Shown in pieces: positions 18,721-27,362 of a stretch of 64,000 bases of DNA; the first letter of the stretch is position 1, and the number at the start of each line of letters is the position of its first letter. The notes beneath the pieces are model-generated. The model made no database searches, was not told the origin of the DNA, and saw nothing but the letters and a program-made list of their open reading frames with translations. The DNA comes from Candidatus Omnitrophota bacterium (GTDB lineage: Bacteria; Omnitrophota; Gorgyraeia; Gorgyraeales; Gorgyraeaceae), in contig JAHJQM010000042.1 in NCBI GenBank assembly GCA_018819285.1, forward strand, positions 45,778 to 109,777. Reading direction: 5' to 3'. Made by a program: the position numbers and the translations under genes.

Positions 18721-21700
18721 TTTCCTTTCCTCCCCTTTTTTCTGTTAAATTCTTTTTCCTTTATCCAACAATATAAAACAGGAACAAATATCATGTTGGA
18801 CAAGGTAGCTGTAATAAGCCCGCCAACTGTGGGCGAGGCCATTGGTTTCATGATCTCAGAGCCAGCCCCTGTAGAAAACATAACAGGAACAAGCGCTATA
18901 ATCGTAGTCATGGTTGTCATCATGGCAGGCCGTATCCTTAAAAATCCGCCTTCTACTACGGTTTTTCTTATATCTTCCACTGATTCCGGTATCTTTTTCC
19001 TGAATAGATCATCAAGGCACGATAGAAGCACCACTGCGTTGTCAGTAGCCACCCCGAAAAGCGCGATAAATCCTACCCAAACTGCGGTAGAAAATTTAAA
19101 TCCCATAAAATACAAAAGTATTATCCCTCCCATCAAAGACACTGGTATGCCGCTTGAAATGATGAGAAGCGTACCAAAAGATTTGAATGCCACATACAAC
19201 AGTAAAAGGATCACGATAATGCATATAATTAAAGAAGGTACAAGCTTCTTGCGCGATTCCATCTCTGACTCGAACTGGCCCGACCAGGATATGAAATATC
19301 CCGGGGGGAGATTAATCCTTCCGCTTTTTATTTCATCATCCACTGCCTTCTTTGCCAGATTCACAAAATCAATCAACCCTATCTTGTCCTGATTTACATT
19401 TATAAATATCCTCGCGTAGGGCAGGGTATTTTCTGAAGATATCATAGCAGGGCCTGGCGTCCTTTTTAACTTCGCTACCTGGGTGAGGGGGATATGCTCT
19501 CCTGAGGGAGATGGCACAAATATTCGCTCAAGCGCTTCCGGGCTATCGCGCAGTTCCCTCATATAGCGCACTCTCACAGGATAACGCTCTCTTCCCTCCA
19601 CCGTCTCCGTAAGATTCATGCCTCCTATAGCTGTCATAACAATATCCTGTATAGTGCCTATCTCAATCCCATAACGGGCTGCTGCCTCTCTATCTATCTC
19701 TATTTCAAAATATGGTCTGCCGCCAAATCTCTCTGCGTAAGGAGACACAGCGCCTTTTACATTGCTAATCACCCCTTCCAGTTGAATGGCAATCTCTTCT
19801 ATTTTTTTAAGATCCTTACCAAATACTTTTACTCCTACCGGCGTCTGTATGCCTGTAGCAAGCATATCAATCCTGTTTCTTATGGGCTGTGTCATTATAG
19901 GGCTCACTCCGGGCATACGGGTTAATTCCTGTATATTAGCTATAATCCCCTGCCTGTCAGAATATGCCCAGTCTTTTAAAGGGCTGATTTTCTTAACTAC
20001 CGCAAAAATAGCCTTGCCGGCGAGAGGTATCCTATATATAAAAGAATCAGCTTTGCTCCTGGGAATCTTATCCTTAAGATGTATAATGGTCTCGAGCATG
20101 ATTATAGGGGCAGGATCAGTAGCTGTCTCTGCCCTGCCAAGCTTACCTACGACCCACTCTACCTTATCAGAAAATTCATTCTTTATGATAATATCCTGCT
20201 TCTGCATTACCTCCATAACCTGTGTCAATGAAGCGCCCGGAAAAAGTACAGGCATAAATAAAAGGTCGCCTTCATTTATTGGTGGCATAAATTCCTGCTT
20301 CATCAAAAACGCGAAAATCCCACCCACCAGTAAAACACCTATGGCTATTCCTACAACAATCTTTTTTCTGACAAGGGCCCATTTTATAGCCGGGCCGTAA
20401 ATCTTGCGTAAAAATTTGGATGTAGCATTATCTTCCGGCAGGCGCAACTTACCTCTTAATAAAATATAACAAAGCGTGGGAAGGAGCGTAAGGGCGATCA
20501 CAGCTGCTCCTATCATCGCAAATGTCTTGGTAAAGGCAAGCGGTCTGAAGAGCTTACCTGCCTGGCCTGTTAAGACAAAAACAGGTATAAAACCGATAAT
20601 GGTGGTAAGAAGCGCGAAGAGAACGGGCTTACCCACTTCCTGCGCGGCATCAATGCATACGCTCAGGCGTTCTTCAGGAGGCAGCTTAGGAAGATTTCTC
20701 TCGTTCCTGCGCTCTGCTAGGCGACGATAAATATTTTCCACAAGAACACACCCGGAATCCACCATCACTCCTATTGCTATTGCAATACCCCCCAGGGACA
20801 TTATATTGGCATCTACATTGAATTGCCGCATCAGTATAAACGCTATCAGTACGCCAATCGGAAGCACCATTGATATAACGATACTGCCCCAGAAATGAAG
20901 CAGAAATAACACAATTACAAATACAGTTATCAGGATCTCCTGCGTCAATGCATCCTTCAGCGTATTTATAGAACGCATTATAAGGCCTGTTCTGTCATAA
21001 AAAGGCACGATCCTAACCCCTGGCGGAAGCCCTACTGATAATTCTTTTATCTTTTTCTTTATACCTTCTGTTACCTTGAGAGGATTTTCTCCGTACCTCA
21101 TCACGACCACGCCGCCCGTTACTTCCTTGCCTGCGCGGTCTAACGCGCCTCTTCTGAAGTCCGGGCCCAGGCTGACCGTGCCTATACTTTTTATATACAC
21201 GGGTGTACCCTGATGCTCGCCTATCACTATATTCTCTATATCCTCTACCTTCTTTATAAAACCAAGGCCGCGGATTATAAACTCGACTCCTCCTTCTTCA
21301 AAGACTTTTGCGCCCACATCTACATTTGAGCGTTTGACAGCTGAGAGGACATTAGTAATCTTAATGTCATAGGAGAGCAGTTTATTCGGATCCAGGTCTA
21401 TCTGATATTGTTTAACATATCCGCCTACTGAGCCTACTTCAGAAACACCGTATACAGCATTAAGCTGGTACCTTACATACCAGTCCTGAATAGTGCGAAG
21501 TTCAGAGAGGTCATATCTGGATGCTATTAACGATTTTCCATCAACAGGGCATTTACCGGGTTTTTCATAAGCGAGCTGCGGATGGTCAGGACAATAAAAT
21601 CCATTCTCCACTGTATACCAGAATATCTGGCCTATAGCCGTAGCGTCAGGCCCTAAAGTTACCTCTGCTCCTTCAGGCATACCTGATATAGCAAAGTTGA

Positions 21701-22040
21701 GCCTTTCAAGAACGCGTGTCCTCGCCCAATAGTAATCAACTCCTTCCTTAAAAATAAGGTTTACCATGCCAAAACCAAAGGCAGAACTCGAACGCAATAC
21801 CTTTACTTCTGGCGTACCCATGAGCCGAGTGGTCAATGGATATATCACCTGATCTTCAACATCCTTAGGGCTTCTTCCCGGCCAGTCAGCGTACACAATT
21901 ACCTGGAGTTCTCCTATATCAGGGATGGCGTCTATGGGCGTTTGTTTCATAGAAGAAAAACCCCAGAAAATGATAAGCGCAAATGTCGATAAGACCAGGA
22001 ATCGATTCTTAAGACAACCTTCGATAATCTTGTCTATCAT
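18717..22040 (-). CDS. cusA: CusA/CzcA-family heavy-metal efflux RND pump (HME-RND)
   Basis: The 1107-aa ORF has 12-TM RND topology and conserved HME-RND segments. It carries an extra Cys-pair insertion in the periplasmic domain ([24 protein letters not shown], about 21515-21600). Confidence 0.9.
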   Translation of the reverse strand: MIDKIIEGCLKNRFLVLSTFALIIFWGFSSMKQTPIDAIPDIGELQVIVYADWPGRSPKDVEDQVIYPLTTRLMGTPEVKVLRSSSAFGFGMVNLIFKEGVDYYWARTRVLERLNFAISGMPEGAEVTLGPDATAIGQIFWYTVENGFYCPDHPQLAYEKPGKCPVDGKSLIASRYDLSELRTIQDWYVRYQLNAVYGVSEVGSVGGYVKQYQIDLDPNKLLSYDIKITNVLSAVKRSNVDVGAKVFEEGGVEFIIRGLGFIKKVEDIENIVIGEHQGTPVYIKSIGTVSLGPDFRRGALDRAGKEVTGGVVVMRYGENPLKVTEGIKKKIKELSVGLPPGVRIVPFYDRTGLIMRSINTLKDALTQEILITVFVIVLFLLHFWGSIVISMVLPIGVLIAFILMRQFNVDANIMSLGGIAIAIGVMVDSGCVLVENIYRRLAERRNERNLPKLPPEERLSVCIDAAQEVGKPVLFALLTTIIGFIPVFVLTGQAGKLFRPLAFTKTFAMIGAAVIALTLLPTLCYILLRGKLRLPEDNATSKFLRKIYGPAIKWALVRKKIVVGIAIGVLLVGGIFAFLMKQEFMPPINEGDLLFMPVLFPGASLTQVMEVMQKQDIIIKNEFSDKVEWVVGKLGRAETATDPAPIIMLETIIHLKDKIPRSKADSFIYRIPLAGKAIFAVVKKISPLKDWAYSDRQGIIANIQELTRMPGVSPIMTQPIRNRIDMLATGIQTPVGVKVFGKDLKKIEEIAIQLEGVISNVKGAVSPYAERFGGRPYFEIEIDREAAARYGIEIGTIQDIVMTAIGGMNLTETVEGRERYPVRVRYMRELRDSPEALERIFVPSPSGEHIPLTQVAKLKRTPGPAMISSENTLPYARIFINVNQDKIGLIDFVNLAKKAVDDEIKSGRINLPPGYFISWSGQFESEMESRKKLVPSLIICIIVILLLLYVAFKSFGTLLIISSGIPVSLMGGIILLYFMGFKFSTAVWVGFIALFGVATDNAVVLLSCLDDLFRKKIPESVEDIRKTVVEGGFLRIRPAMMTTMTTIIALVPVMFSTGAGSEIMKPMASPTVGGLITATLSNMIFVPVLYCWIKEKEFNRKKGRKGK

Positions 22041-23515
22041 TTCTTTTCCTCCGCTTCCAGCGACCCGCCGTATGCCGAAGACATGACACCTGATATCTGG
22101 CTCTGTGAATCTATGAGAAAATTCGCCTTTGTCACAATCTCTTCGCCCTCAGCCAGCCCTTTAAGGACAGGATAGAACCTGATTTTTTTACCATCTATCG
22201 TGGCTACTGCTTCAGGCCCTGTCTCAACGAGCCTGGCCTGATATTCTTCGTCACCCTTGTCCACCCACACAATCTTTCTCAAGCCTGTATCCAAAACAGC
22301 CTCTTTTGGAACAGCCAGGACAGAATCTTTGCCGTCTTTTGTTTTATACATACTTATAATAATAATCTCCACGTACATCTCCGGCTTTAATTCCAGGCCC
22401 GGGTTATCAACGCTTGCCCTGAATCTTAAAGAGCGTGTCTTTGGGTCAAGCACGGGATTCACCGAAGATATGACACCGTCAAATTCTTCACCTGGCAGGC
22501 TCTGGGCCATGACCTTTACTTTGGCTCCTGGTTTCACCCAGCCGAGTTCATATTCATACACATCCCCGTAAATCCACATCTTATCCTCCGGAAGGATAAG
22601 ATTTGTCTGGACCTCTTTTTTCTCTTCCAGCGCTATTATCTGCTCTTCGCCAAGCCCCAACAATCGTAATTTCCTCTTTGAAGAATTTACAAGGTTAAGC
22701 GCCCGTTCATTTATCTCCTCAATATTTCCTTCATGAATCTTATCATACGCCTTGACAGCGGATATGAATTCGTCCTGGGCTATCGCCATGTCAGGATCAT
22801 ATGCCACCTTGCCGACTGTCCGTATCTCTTTACTGAGAGAGAGTTTTCTTACAGTCTCCGTAGCGACACCAGCCAGCTGGGCCTGGGTTTTATTTATCTT
22901 GACTCTGCCCACAACGCCTTCTTCTCTCCCGGCAGAAACTTCATCTTCTTCGTAGACAGGGATATAATCCATACCCATCGGATCCTTCGCAGGCACCTTA
23001 GAGGTGATGCTTGGATTCATTGGATTTCTGTAAAGAAGGATTTTTTTTTCTTTTTTTTCTGAAATCTTAACGTCTTCTTTTTTAATTTTTTGTAAAGGTT
23101 TTCCGCATATCGGGCAATTAATCTTTTGCCCTTTAATCATAAAAGAATGTCCGCCGCAAATACAATCTTTATCAGACTTGCCTAAATCGCAATGTGGGCA
23201 TTTGCCTTCGGTGTATACGCCGCAGCCGTAATATTCGTCGCTCGCGGCGATTGATACTTGTGACTGGCTTTCTTCTTTGTATACAGGCGTAAGATTCATG
23301 CTACAGATAGGACAGTTTTTATTGCCTTTATTATATTCTTTGGGAGAAACCTTTACGCTTGGGTGCATGCCACAGGTGTAGTATTGGATTTGCCGCTCTC
23401 CGCCCGCCGCCCCTTGTTCGTCTTTCTTTGTTGCCGTACAACTTGTAAGCGCAAAAGCAGCGCCAAAAATAATCATAATAAACAATATTACAAAAATATA
23501 TCTGCCTTTTATCAT
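22037..23515 (-). CDS. cusB: CusB-like RND efflux periplasmic adaptor with an N-terminal Cys-rich heavy-metal-binding extension. It is probably a lipoprotein.
   Basis: A lipobox-like LTSC is present. The N-terminal motifs are YYTCGMHPSVKV...CPICSMNLTPV and CPHCDL...CICGGH...CPICGKPL. The C-terminal membrane-fusion-protein beta-barrel and lipoyl domains are present. Confidence 0.8.
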   Translation of the reverse strand: MIKGRYIFVILFIMIIFGAAFALTSCTATKKDEQGAAGGERQIQYYTCGMHPSVKVSPKEYNKGNKNCPICSMNLTPVYKEESQSQVSIAASDEYYGCGVYTEGKCPHCDLGKSDKDCICGGHSFMIKGQKINCPICGKPLQKIKKEDVKISEKKEKKILLYRNPMNPSITSKVPAKDPMGMDYIPVYEEDEVSAGREEGVVGRVKINKTQAQLAGVATETVRKLSLSKEIRTVGKVAYDPDMAIAQDEFISAVKAYDKIHEGNIEEINERALNLVNSSKRKLRLLGLGEEQIIALEEKKEVQTNLILPEDKMWIYGDVYEYELGWVKPGAKVKVMAQSLPGEEFDGVISSVNPVLDPKTRSLRFRASVDNPGLELKPEMYVEIIIISMYKTKDGKDSVLAVPKEAVLDTGLRKIVWVDKGDEEYQARLVETGPEAVATIDGKKIRFYPVLKGLAEGEEIVTKANFLIDSQSQISGVMSSAYGGSLEAEEKK

Positions 23516-24774
23516 AAATCCCTCCCTATAACTCTTTCTAAATACGCGATTGATTTTTCATAATCCACTATCGCTTTATAATAGGCAAGCCTGGTCTGTA
23601 AAAGCATCCTCTCGGAGTCAAGCCAGTTTAAAAAATCCACTTTACCGGTTTCATATCCTGTACGGGCAGCCTCGAACGCCTGCTCTGTCTGCGGAACCAG
23701 CGCTGTTTTATAAAGAGAGACTATTTCCTTATAGGTATTTATTTTAAAATACAGGTCATTAACTTCATATCCCACTGAGTTTTTTTCGCCTTCGTAATCC
23801 TTTTTCGCGGCCTCGAGCATAGCTTTTTTTTCCTTAAGCTGGGCGTTTAATTTATTGAACCATATGGGAAGATTTATGCTTACCATTGCCATCCACGCGT
23901 CCTTACCGTCGTCTATTTGCGTGGTTGATCCGCTGCCTATTTTGGTGTAGTCTACCCCTAAAGTAAAATCAGGAAAATAATTCAATCTTGCCAGAGACTT
24001 TTCATACTCAGCTCTTTTTATTTCCAGGCCGGCTGCCAATAGTTCTTGTCTGGACTCTTTGGCCATTGCCCTAAGCTGAGATAATTCGTATTTAAAATCC
24101 ACAGGTTCAACTGATACTGTCCGGCCAAGCAAGGTGCCCTGCGGCCTGTTGAGAACTGAGTTCATCATTGCCTCAATGCTATTTCTATTCTGTTTTAATT
24201 GAAATAGCCGTTCTATTAATTTGGAAAGTTCCACTTGAGCCTTGATTACATCCTGCTGCGACGCCATATTAGATTCGTATTTTCTCTGCGCGACCTTTTC
24301 CAGATTTTCCAGAATGAGCTTTTCTTCCTCTGTTACCTGGATTGCCCTGTCCACCCAGAAAACATCATAATACAAAAATTTAACATTTTTAATAACTTCC
24401 CGTTTCACTGCTTCGTATTTTTCTTTAAGCATACCGGCGACTTTGCCTTGAGACCTTGCCTTTAGGCCCAACTTGCCTGGAAAAGGAAACATCTGGGAGA
24501 TACTGTATTTATTGTCTATGGGGCCAAGTTTTGTTTCAACAGGATCGCCCAGTCCGGAAAAACTTGCCATTGGATCAGGAAGAGATGAGGCCTCTTTTAT
24601 ATTGAATCCCGCAGCCTTCCAGTTATTATGAGCCGCCTGTATCTCAGGGTTTTGTTCCAGCGCCTCGTTTATCAAAGACTCGAGGGCAGTCGGCTTATTT
24701 TCATCGCCGTAGGCATAGAAAACGCTTGTTAAAATAAAAAATATCCCTATTGAAATAGCCGAAATGTTTTTCAT
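23512..24774 (-). CDS. cusC: CusC/TolC-family outer membrane efflux protein
   Basis: The 420-aa ORF has a signal peptide, OEP repeats and coiled coils. It overlaps the cusB start by 4 bp. Confidence 0.8.
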   Translation of the reverse strand: MKNISAISIGIFFILTSVFYAYGDENKPTALESLINEALEQNPEIQAAHNNWKAAGFNIKEASSLPDPMASFSGLGDPVETKLGPIDNKYSISQMFPFPGKLGLKARSQGKVAGMLKEKYEAVKREVIKNVKFLYYDVFWVDRAIQVTEEEKLILENLEKVAQRKYESNMASQQDVIKAQVELSKLIERLFQLKQNRNSIEAMMNSVLNRPQGTLLGRTVSVEPVDFKYELSQLRAMAKESRQELLAAGLEIKRAEYEKSLARLNYFPDFTLGVDYTKIGSGSTTQIDDGKDAWMAMVSINLPIWFNKLNAQLKEKKAMLEAAKKDYEGEKNSVGYEVNDLYFKINTYKEIVSLYKTALVPQTEQAFEAARTGYETGKVDFLNWLDSERMLLQTRLAYYKAIVDYEKSIAYLERVIGRDL

Positions 24775-24789
24775 ATTAATAGCCCTTTC

Positions 24790-24945
24790 CGAATCCTTGT
24801 ACTAGTTTCATAATTTCTTCTATTTTTTTATCTTTCTCTATTTTTGATTTTTCCTTCAGGGCATTAACCACACAGCTCTGGTTATGTTTTCTGAAAATCT
24901 CTTATCCTACCCTGTAGATAGCGTTAACAATAAAACGAATCTGAG
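24790..24945 (-). pseudogene. Degenerate partial duplicate of csoR (3' part, frameshifted)
   Basis: The DNA at 24860-24930 (cttcagggcattaaccacacagctctggttatgttttctgaaaatctc...tcctaccctgtagatagcg) aligns with csoR coding DNA at 25416-25490 (ttcagcgcatttaccacgcaaccttccatatgttttctgaatatctc...tctccactctgtaaagcgcg). The minus-strand translation gives CsoR-like fragments (ENITRAVWLMP resembles HMEGCVVNALKG; the end reads ...RKGLL) interrupted by stops and frameshifts. Confidence 0.45.
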
Positions 24946-24959
24946 TGATGATGGCTGCT

Positions 24960-25343
24960 TTATTTATCGCCTGACATATTAGATTCTACTTTAAGTTCTT
25001 CATCGACCTTCTTAATATATTTTTCAGAGTCTTTTTTGAATTCATCAATGCAACCAGCACAACAGAAATTATAAACCTTGCCCTCATATTCATAGGTTGC
25101 CTTTGTAGCATCATCAATAGGATTGCCTAAAACAGGGCAAATCTTATTGCCTGTGTCAATAGCAGTACTCGTAGTAGCTGTTGCCTGCTGGTTACATTCT
25201 GTCATCTGACTACCCGCAGCATGATCACATGTAGACTGGCCATCATCCTTATCAGAACCGCATGACATAGCAAAAACTGTTCCATAATTAGCCAGGGTAG
25301 CTATAAATAAAACTGCTATTGCTAAACATATGATTTTTGTCAT
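24960..25343 (-). CDS. Secreted YHS-domain protein with a Cys-rich N-terminal region. It is a paralog of the ORF at 18358..18720.
   Basis: The ORF has a signal peptide and a Cys-rich stretch (SCGSDKDDGQSTCDHAAGSQMTECNQQ). The YHS motif is [42 protein letters not shown]. It overlaps the csoR stop by 4 bp. Confidence 0.65.
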   Translation of the reverse strand: MTKIICLAIAVLFIATLANYGTVFAMSCGSDKDDGQSTCDHAAGSQMTECNQQATATTSTAIDTGNKICPVLGNPIDDATKATYEYEGKVYNFCCAGCIDEFKKDSEKYIKKVDEELKVESNMSGDK

Positions 25344-25624
25344 AACCCCTTCCTGAATTTTGAAATTAAACCAATAATCTCGTCTATTTTTTCCTGTTTT
25401 TCTTTTTCAGATCTTCCTTTCAGCGCATTTACCACGCAACCTTCCATATGTTTTCTGAATATCTCGTTCTCCACTCTGTAAAGCGCGCCTATAATAGATT
25501 GTATCTGAGTCAGTACATCCACACAATATCTCTTTTCCTTAATCATCCTCTGGATGCCGCGCACCTGACCTTCTATCTTTTTCAGATACTCAAGCTGGCC
25601 TTCGTGAATAGCTATCTGCTTCAT
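25340..25624 (-). CDS. csoR: CsoR/RcnR-family metal-sensing transcriptional repressor
   Basis: The 94-aa all-helical protein has conserved ligand residues in context (RYCVDVLTQ ... H ... EGCV), i.e. the C-H-C pattern of Cu(I)-sensing CsoR. Confidence 0.8.
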   Translation of the reverse strand: MKQIAIHEGQLEYLKKIEGQVRGIQRMIKEKRYCVDVLTQIQSIIGALYRVENEIFRKHMEGCVVNALKGRSEKEKQEKIDEIIGLISKFRKGL

Positions 25625-25647
25625 ATTTTATCTCCTTACAGAATAAG

Positions 25648-25670
25648 TATACCATACCCCCCTACCCTAT
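25648..25670. promoter_or_regulatory. Candidate CsoR operator (C-tract pseudo-repeat) immediately upstream of csoR
   Basis: The sequence gtataccatacccccctaccctat lies 24-46 bp upstream of the csoR start codon. It resembles the GC/C-tract-centred operators of CsoR regulators (TACC-C(n)-TACC core). Confidence 0.3.
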
Positions 25671-25801
25671 GTCAAGTTATTTAAAAAAATTTTCCTTCTA
25701 GAATACCGGCGCAAATAATGATTAAGGCTATGTTATCTGATAAAAATCCTTATCTTCTTTTTTTCCTAGCCATTTTCATCAACAACCAGCATTCTGCGCA
25801 T

Positions 25802-27121
25802 TTAAAACTGGGTTGTCAGGATAGCTGTTAACTGGTCGTTACTGGCCTCTTGCGTAGAAGGGCCTGTTTCCCTATTCCAATCGTAACCAAGTTTCAGAAG
25901 CGTGTTATCGCTCCATCTATATCCCATACCAAGCGAATAACGGTCATACTTATTCGCGGTAACGCTGTTCAAGTTTACCGTTATTTCATCTTTCAGATTC
26001 ACATAGCTATATCTCTCGGCGATATAAACCTTCTTGGTTAAATTATATATACCCTCAATAAAAGCAAAATCCCCAGCTCTTTCAGCAGACCCTGCAGTGC
26101 TCGTAATATCATGAAATCCTCCGTACGAAAGCCTTACGATAGCCCTACTGTCAGAATAAACAAGCGGATATAATAATTTCTTGCCCTTTTTAAAATCATA
26201 TCTTGCGTCTACTTCCCATACATTTCTCTGCCAGTCAGTTGCGCCAGTAGGCCTGGCCTTTAACCCTGCTATGGATAACTCTGAGTCAGAAGATTTTAAC
26301 CTGCCTGAATCATAATAGCTGGCAGATAAATACAACGGGTCAATCAGAGTATAATACAATTTCCCCATAAATGCCTTTCCTCCTCCTGAATCAGAACCTG
26401 TAGTACTGTTGCCATCGCTTATAGAAGTAACCCAGCCTAAAGGCCTTAATCCTATTTTGTCTAATTTTATTTTACCCGCTAATTCTAATCCTTCGTCAGT
26501 GACTCCTGCATTGGCTGCAGAATTAGACGGTAAAACGCTTTCTACGGGATTATTAGACCAATTCTCTTCTCCAAAACCTAATTTAAATCTGCCAAGCCTG
26601 CTCGAAAGACTAAAAGGCGTATCTTTCAAAGGCGGTATGAAATCCTTAGACGAGAGATAAAAATAATCTAACAATGGACTTGTTGTGGATATACCTGTTA
26701 CGCCATTATCTAATTTAAATCTCAAGACAACTGTATTTATTTCATCCGGCTGATAACTAAATTGAATTTTTGCGTCAGGCATCTCAAAAGACCCTGAAGA
26801 AAACGAGCCCGCACTTCCTGATTTATAATACCCTGTTGCGAATCTGCCTTTCATTTTAAGCTTTGACAGTGAATTTGAAAGATCTACTTTCGAAGCCGCG
26901 CCTACTGGACCAGATTCTTTTATCTTCGCGAGCTCTTCCTTTGCCTTGGCTGATTCGTCTTTTGTCTTAACCTGCTCAGATTCCAGTTTTTCAATACGCT
27001 GCATAAGCTGCTGAACCTGCTGTTTCAATACCTGGATTTCTTCATCTGTCCCTGCAAAACTGCAAGGGATAAACAGAGCTAGTAACGCTAACGCCAGTAT
27101 AGATATCAATATGCTTTTCAT
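25802..27121 (-). CDS. Putative outer-membrane beta-barrel porin with an N-terminal periplasmic coiled coil
   Basis: The ORF is 25802..27148. The likely start is MKSILISILALALLALFIPCSFA (a signal peptide) at 27121, with an AGGAGA RBS upstream. A heptad coiled coil follows (EEIQVLKQQVQQLMQRIEKLESEQ...). The rest shows alternating amphipathic beta-strand character and a C-terminal aromatic residue (…ILTTQF). It is a paralog of the ORF at 58188..59474. Confidence 0.55.
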   Translation of the reverse strand: MKSILISILALALLALFIPCSFAGTDEEIQVLKQQVQQLMQRIEKLESEQVKTKDESAKAKEELAKIKESGPVGAASKVDLSNSLSKLKMKGRFATGYYKSGSAGSFSSGSFEMPDAKIQFSYQPDEINTVVLRFKLDNGVTGISTTSPLLDYFYLSSKDFIPPLKDTPFSLSSRLGRFKLGFGEENWSNNPVESVLPSNSAANAGVTDEGLELAGKIKLDKIGLRPLGWVTSISDGNSTTGSDSGGGKAFMGKLYYTLIDPLYLSASYYDSGRLKSSDSELSIAGLKARPTGATDWQRNVWEVDARYDFKKGKKLLYPLVYSDSRAIVRLSYGGFHDITSTAGSAERAGDFAFIEGIYNLTKKVYIAERYSYVNLKDEITVNLNSVTANKYDRYSLGMGYRWSDNTLLKLGYDWNRETGPSTQEASNDQLTAILTTQF

Positions 27122-27220
27122 ATTCGTCTCACTTCTCCTTTTATGCATTTTCTCTTGTTTTTAAAAATGGAAGTACATCTATAAACCTGCGCCCTATTTC
27201 CTTAAGCGCTCCTGCGCTAA

Positions 27221-27315
27221 GCTGTGTATATTACAATTCTATCCCTTGGTGCAAGTAAGCTTATTATATAAAACATAACGCCGAATATCAAACAAAAAAT
27301 ACCGACTGGCGGTTA
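27221..27315. repeat. Copy 1 of a ~100-bp intergenic module that recurs at 46981..47080. It contains a bidirectional terminator-like hairpin flanked by A- and T-runs.
   Basis: The sequence 27258-27315 (ataaaacataacgccgaatatcaaacaaaaaataccgactggcggttattttttg) matches 47026-47080 (atagaacataacgccaaatatcaaacaaaaaatgccgactggcggttattttttg) with 3 mismatches. The upstream ~50 bp in each copy are also related (tgtgtatattacaattctatccc... versus ttgtgtaagttataactctatctc...). Confidence 0.5.
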
Positions 27316-27362
27316 TTTTTTGCCCGGTTCAGAGAGATGGACATCTCTAAAAACAGCTTTAA

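Noticed and set aside
24903-24916. Second CsoR-operator-like motif (tcctaccctgtaga)
   Set aside because: It aligns with homologous coding DNA of the intact csoR (ctccactctgtaaa), so the similarity to the operator half-site is coincidental.
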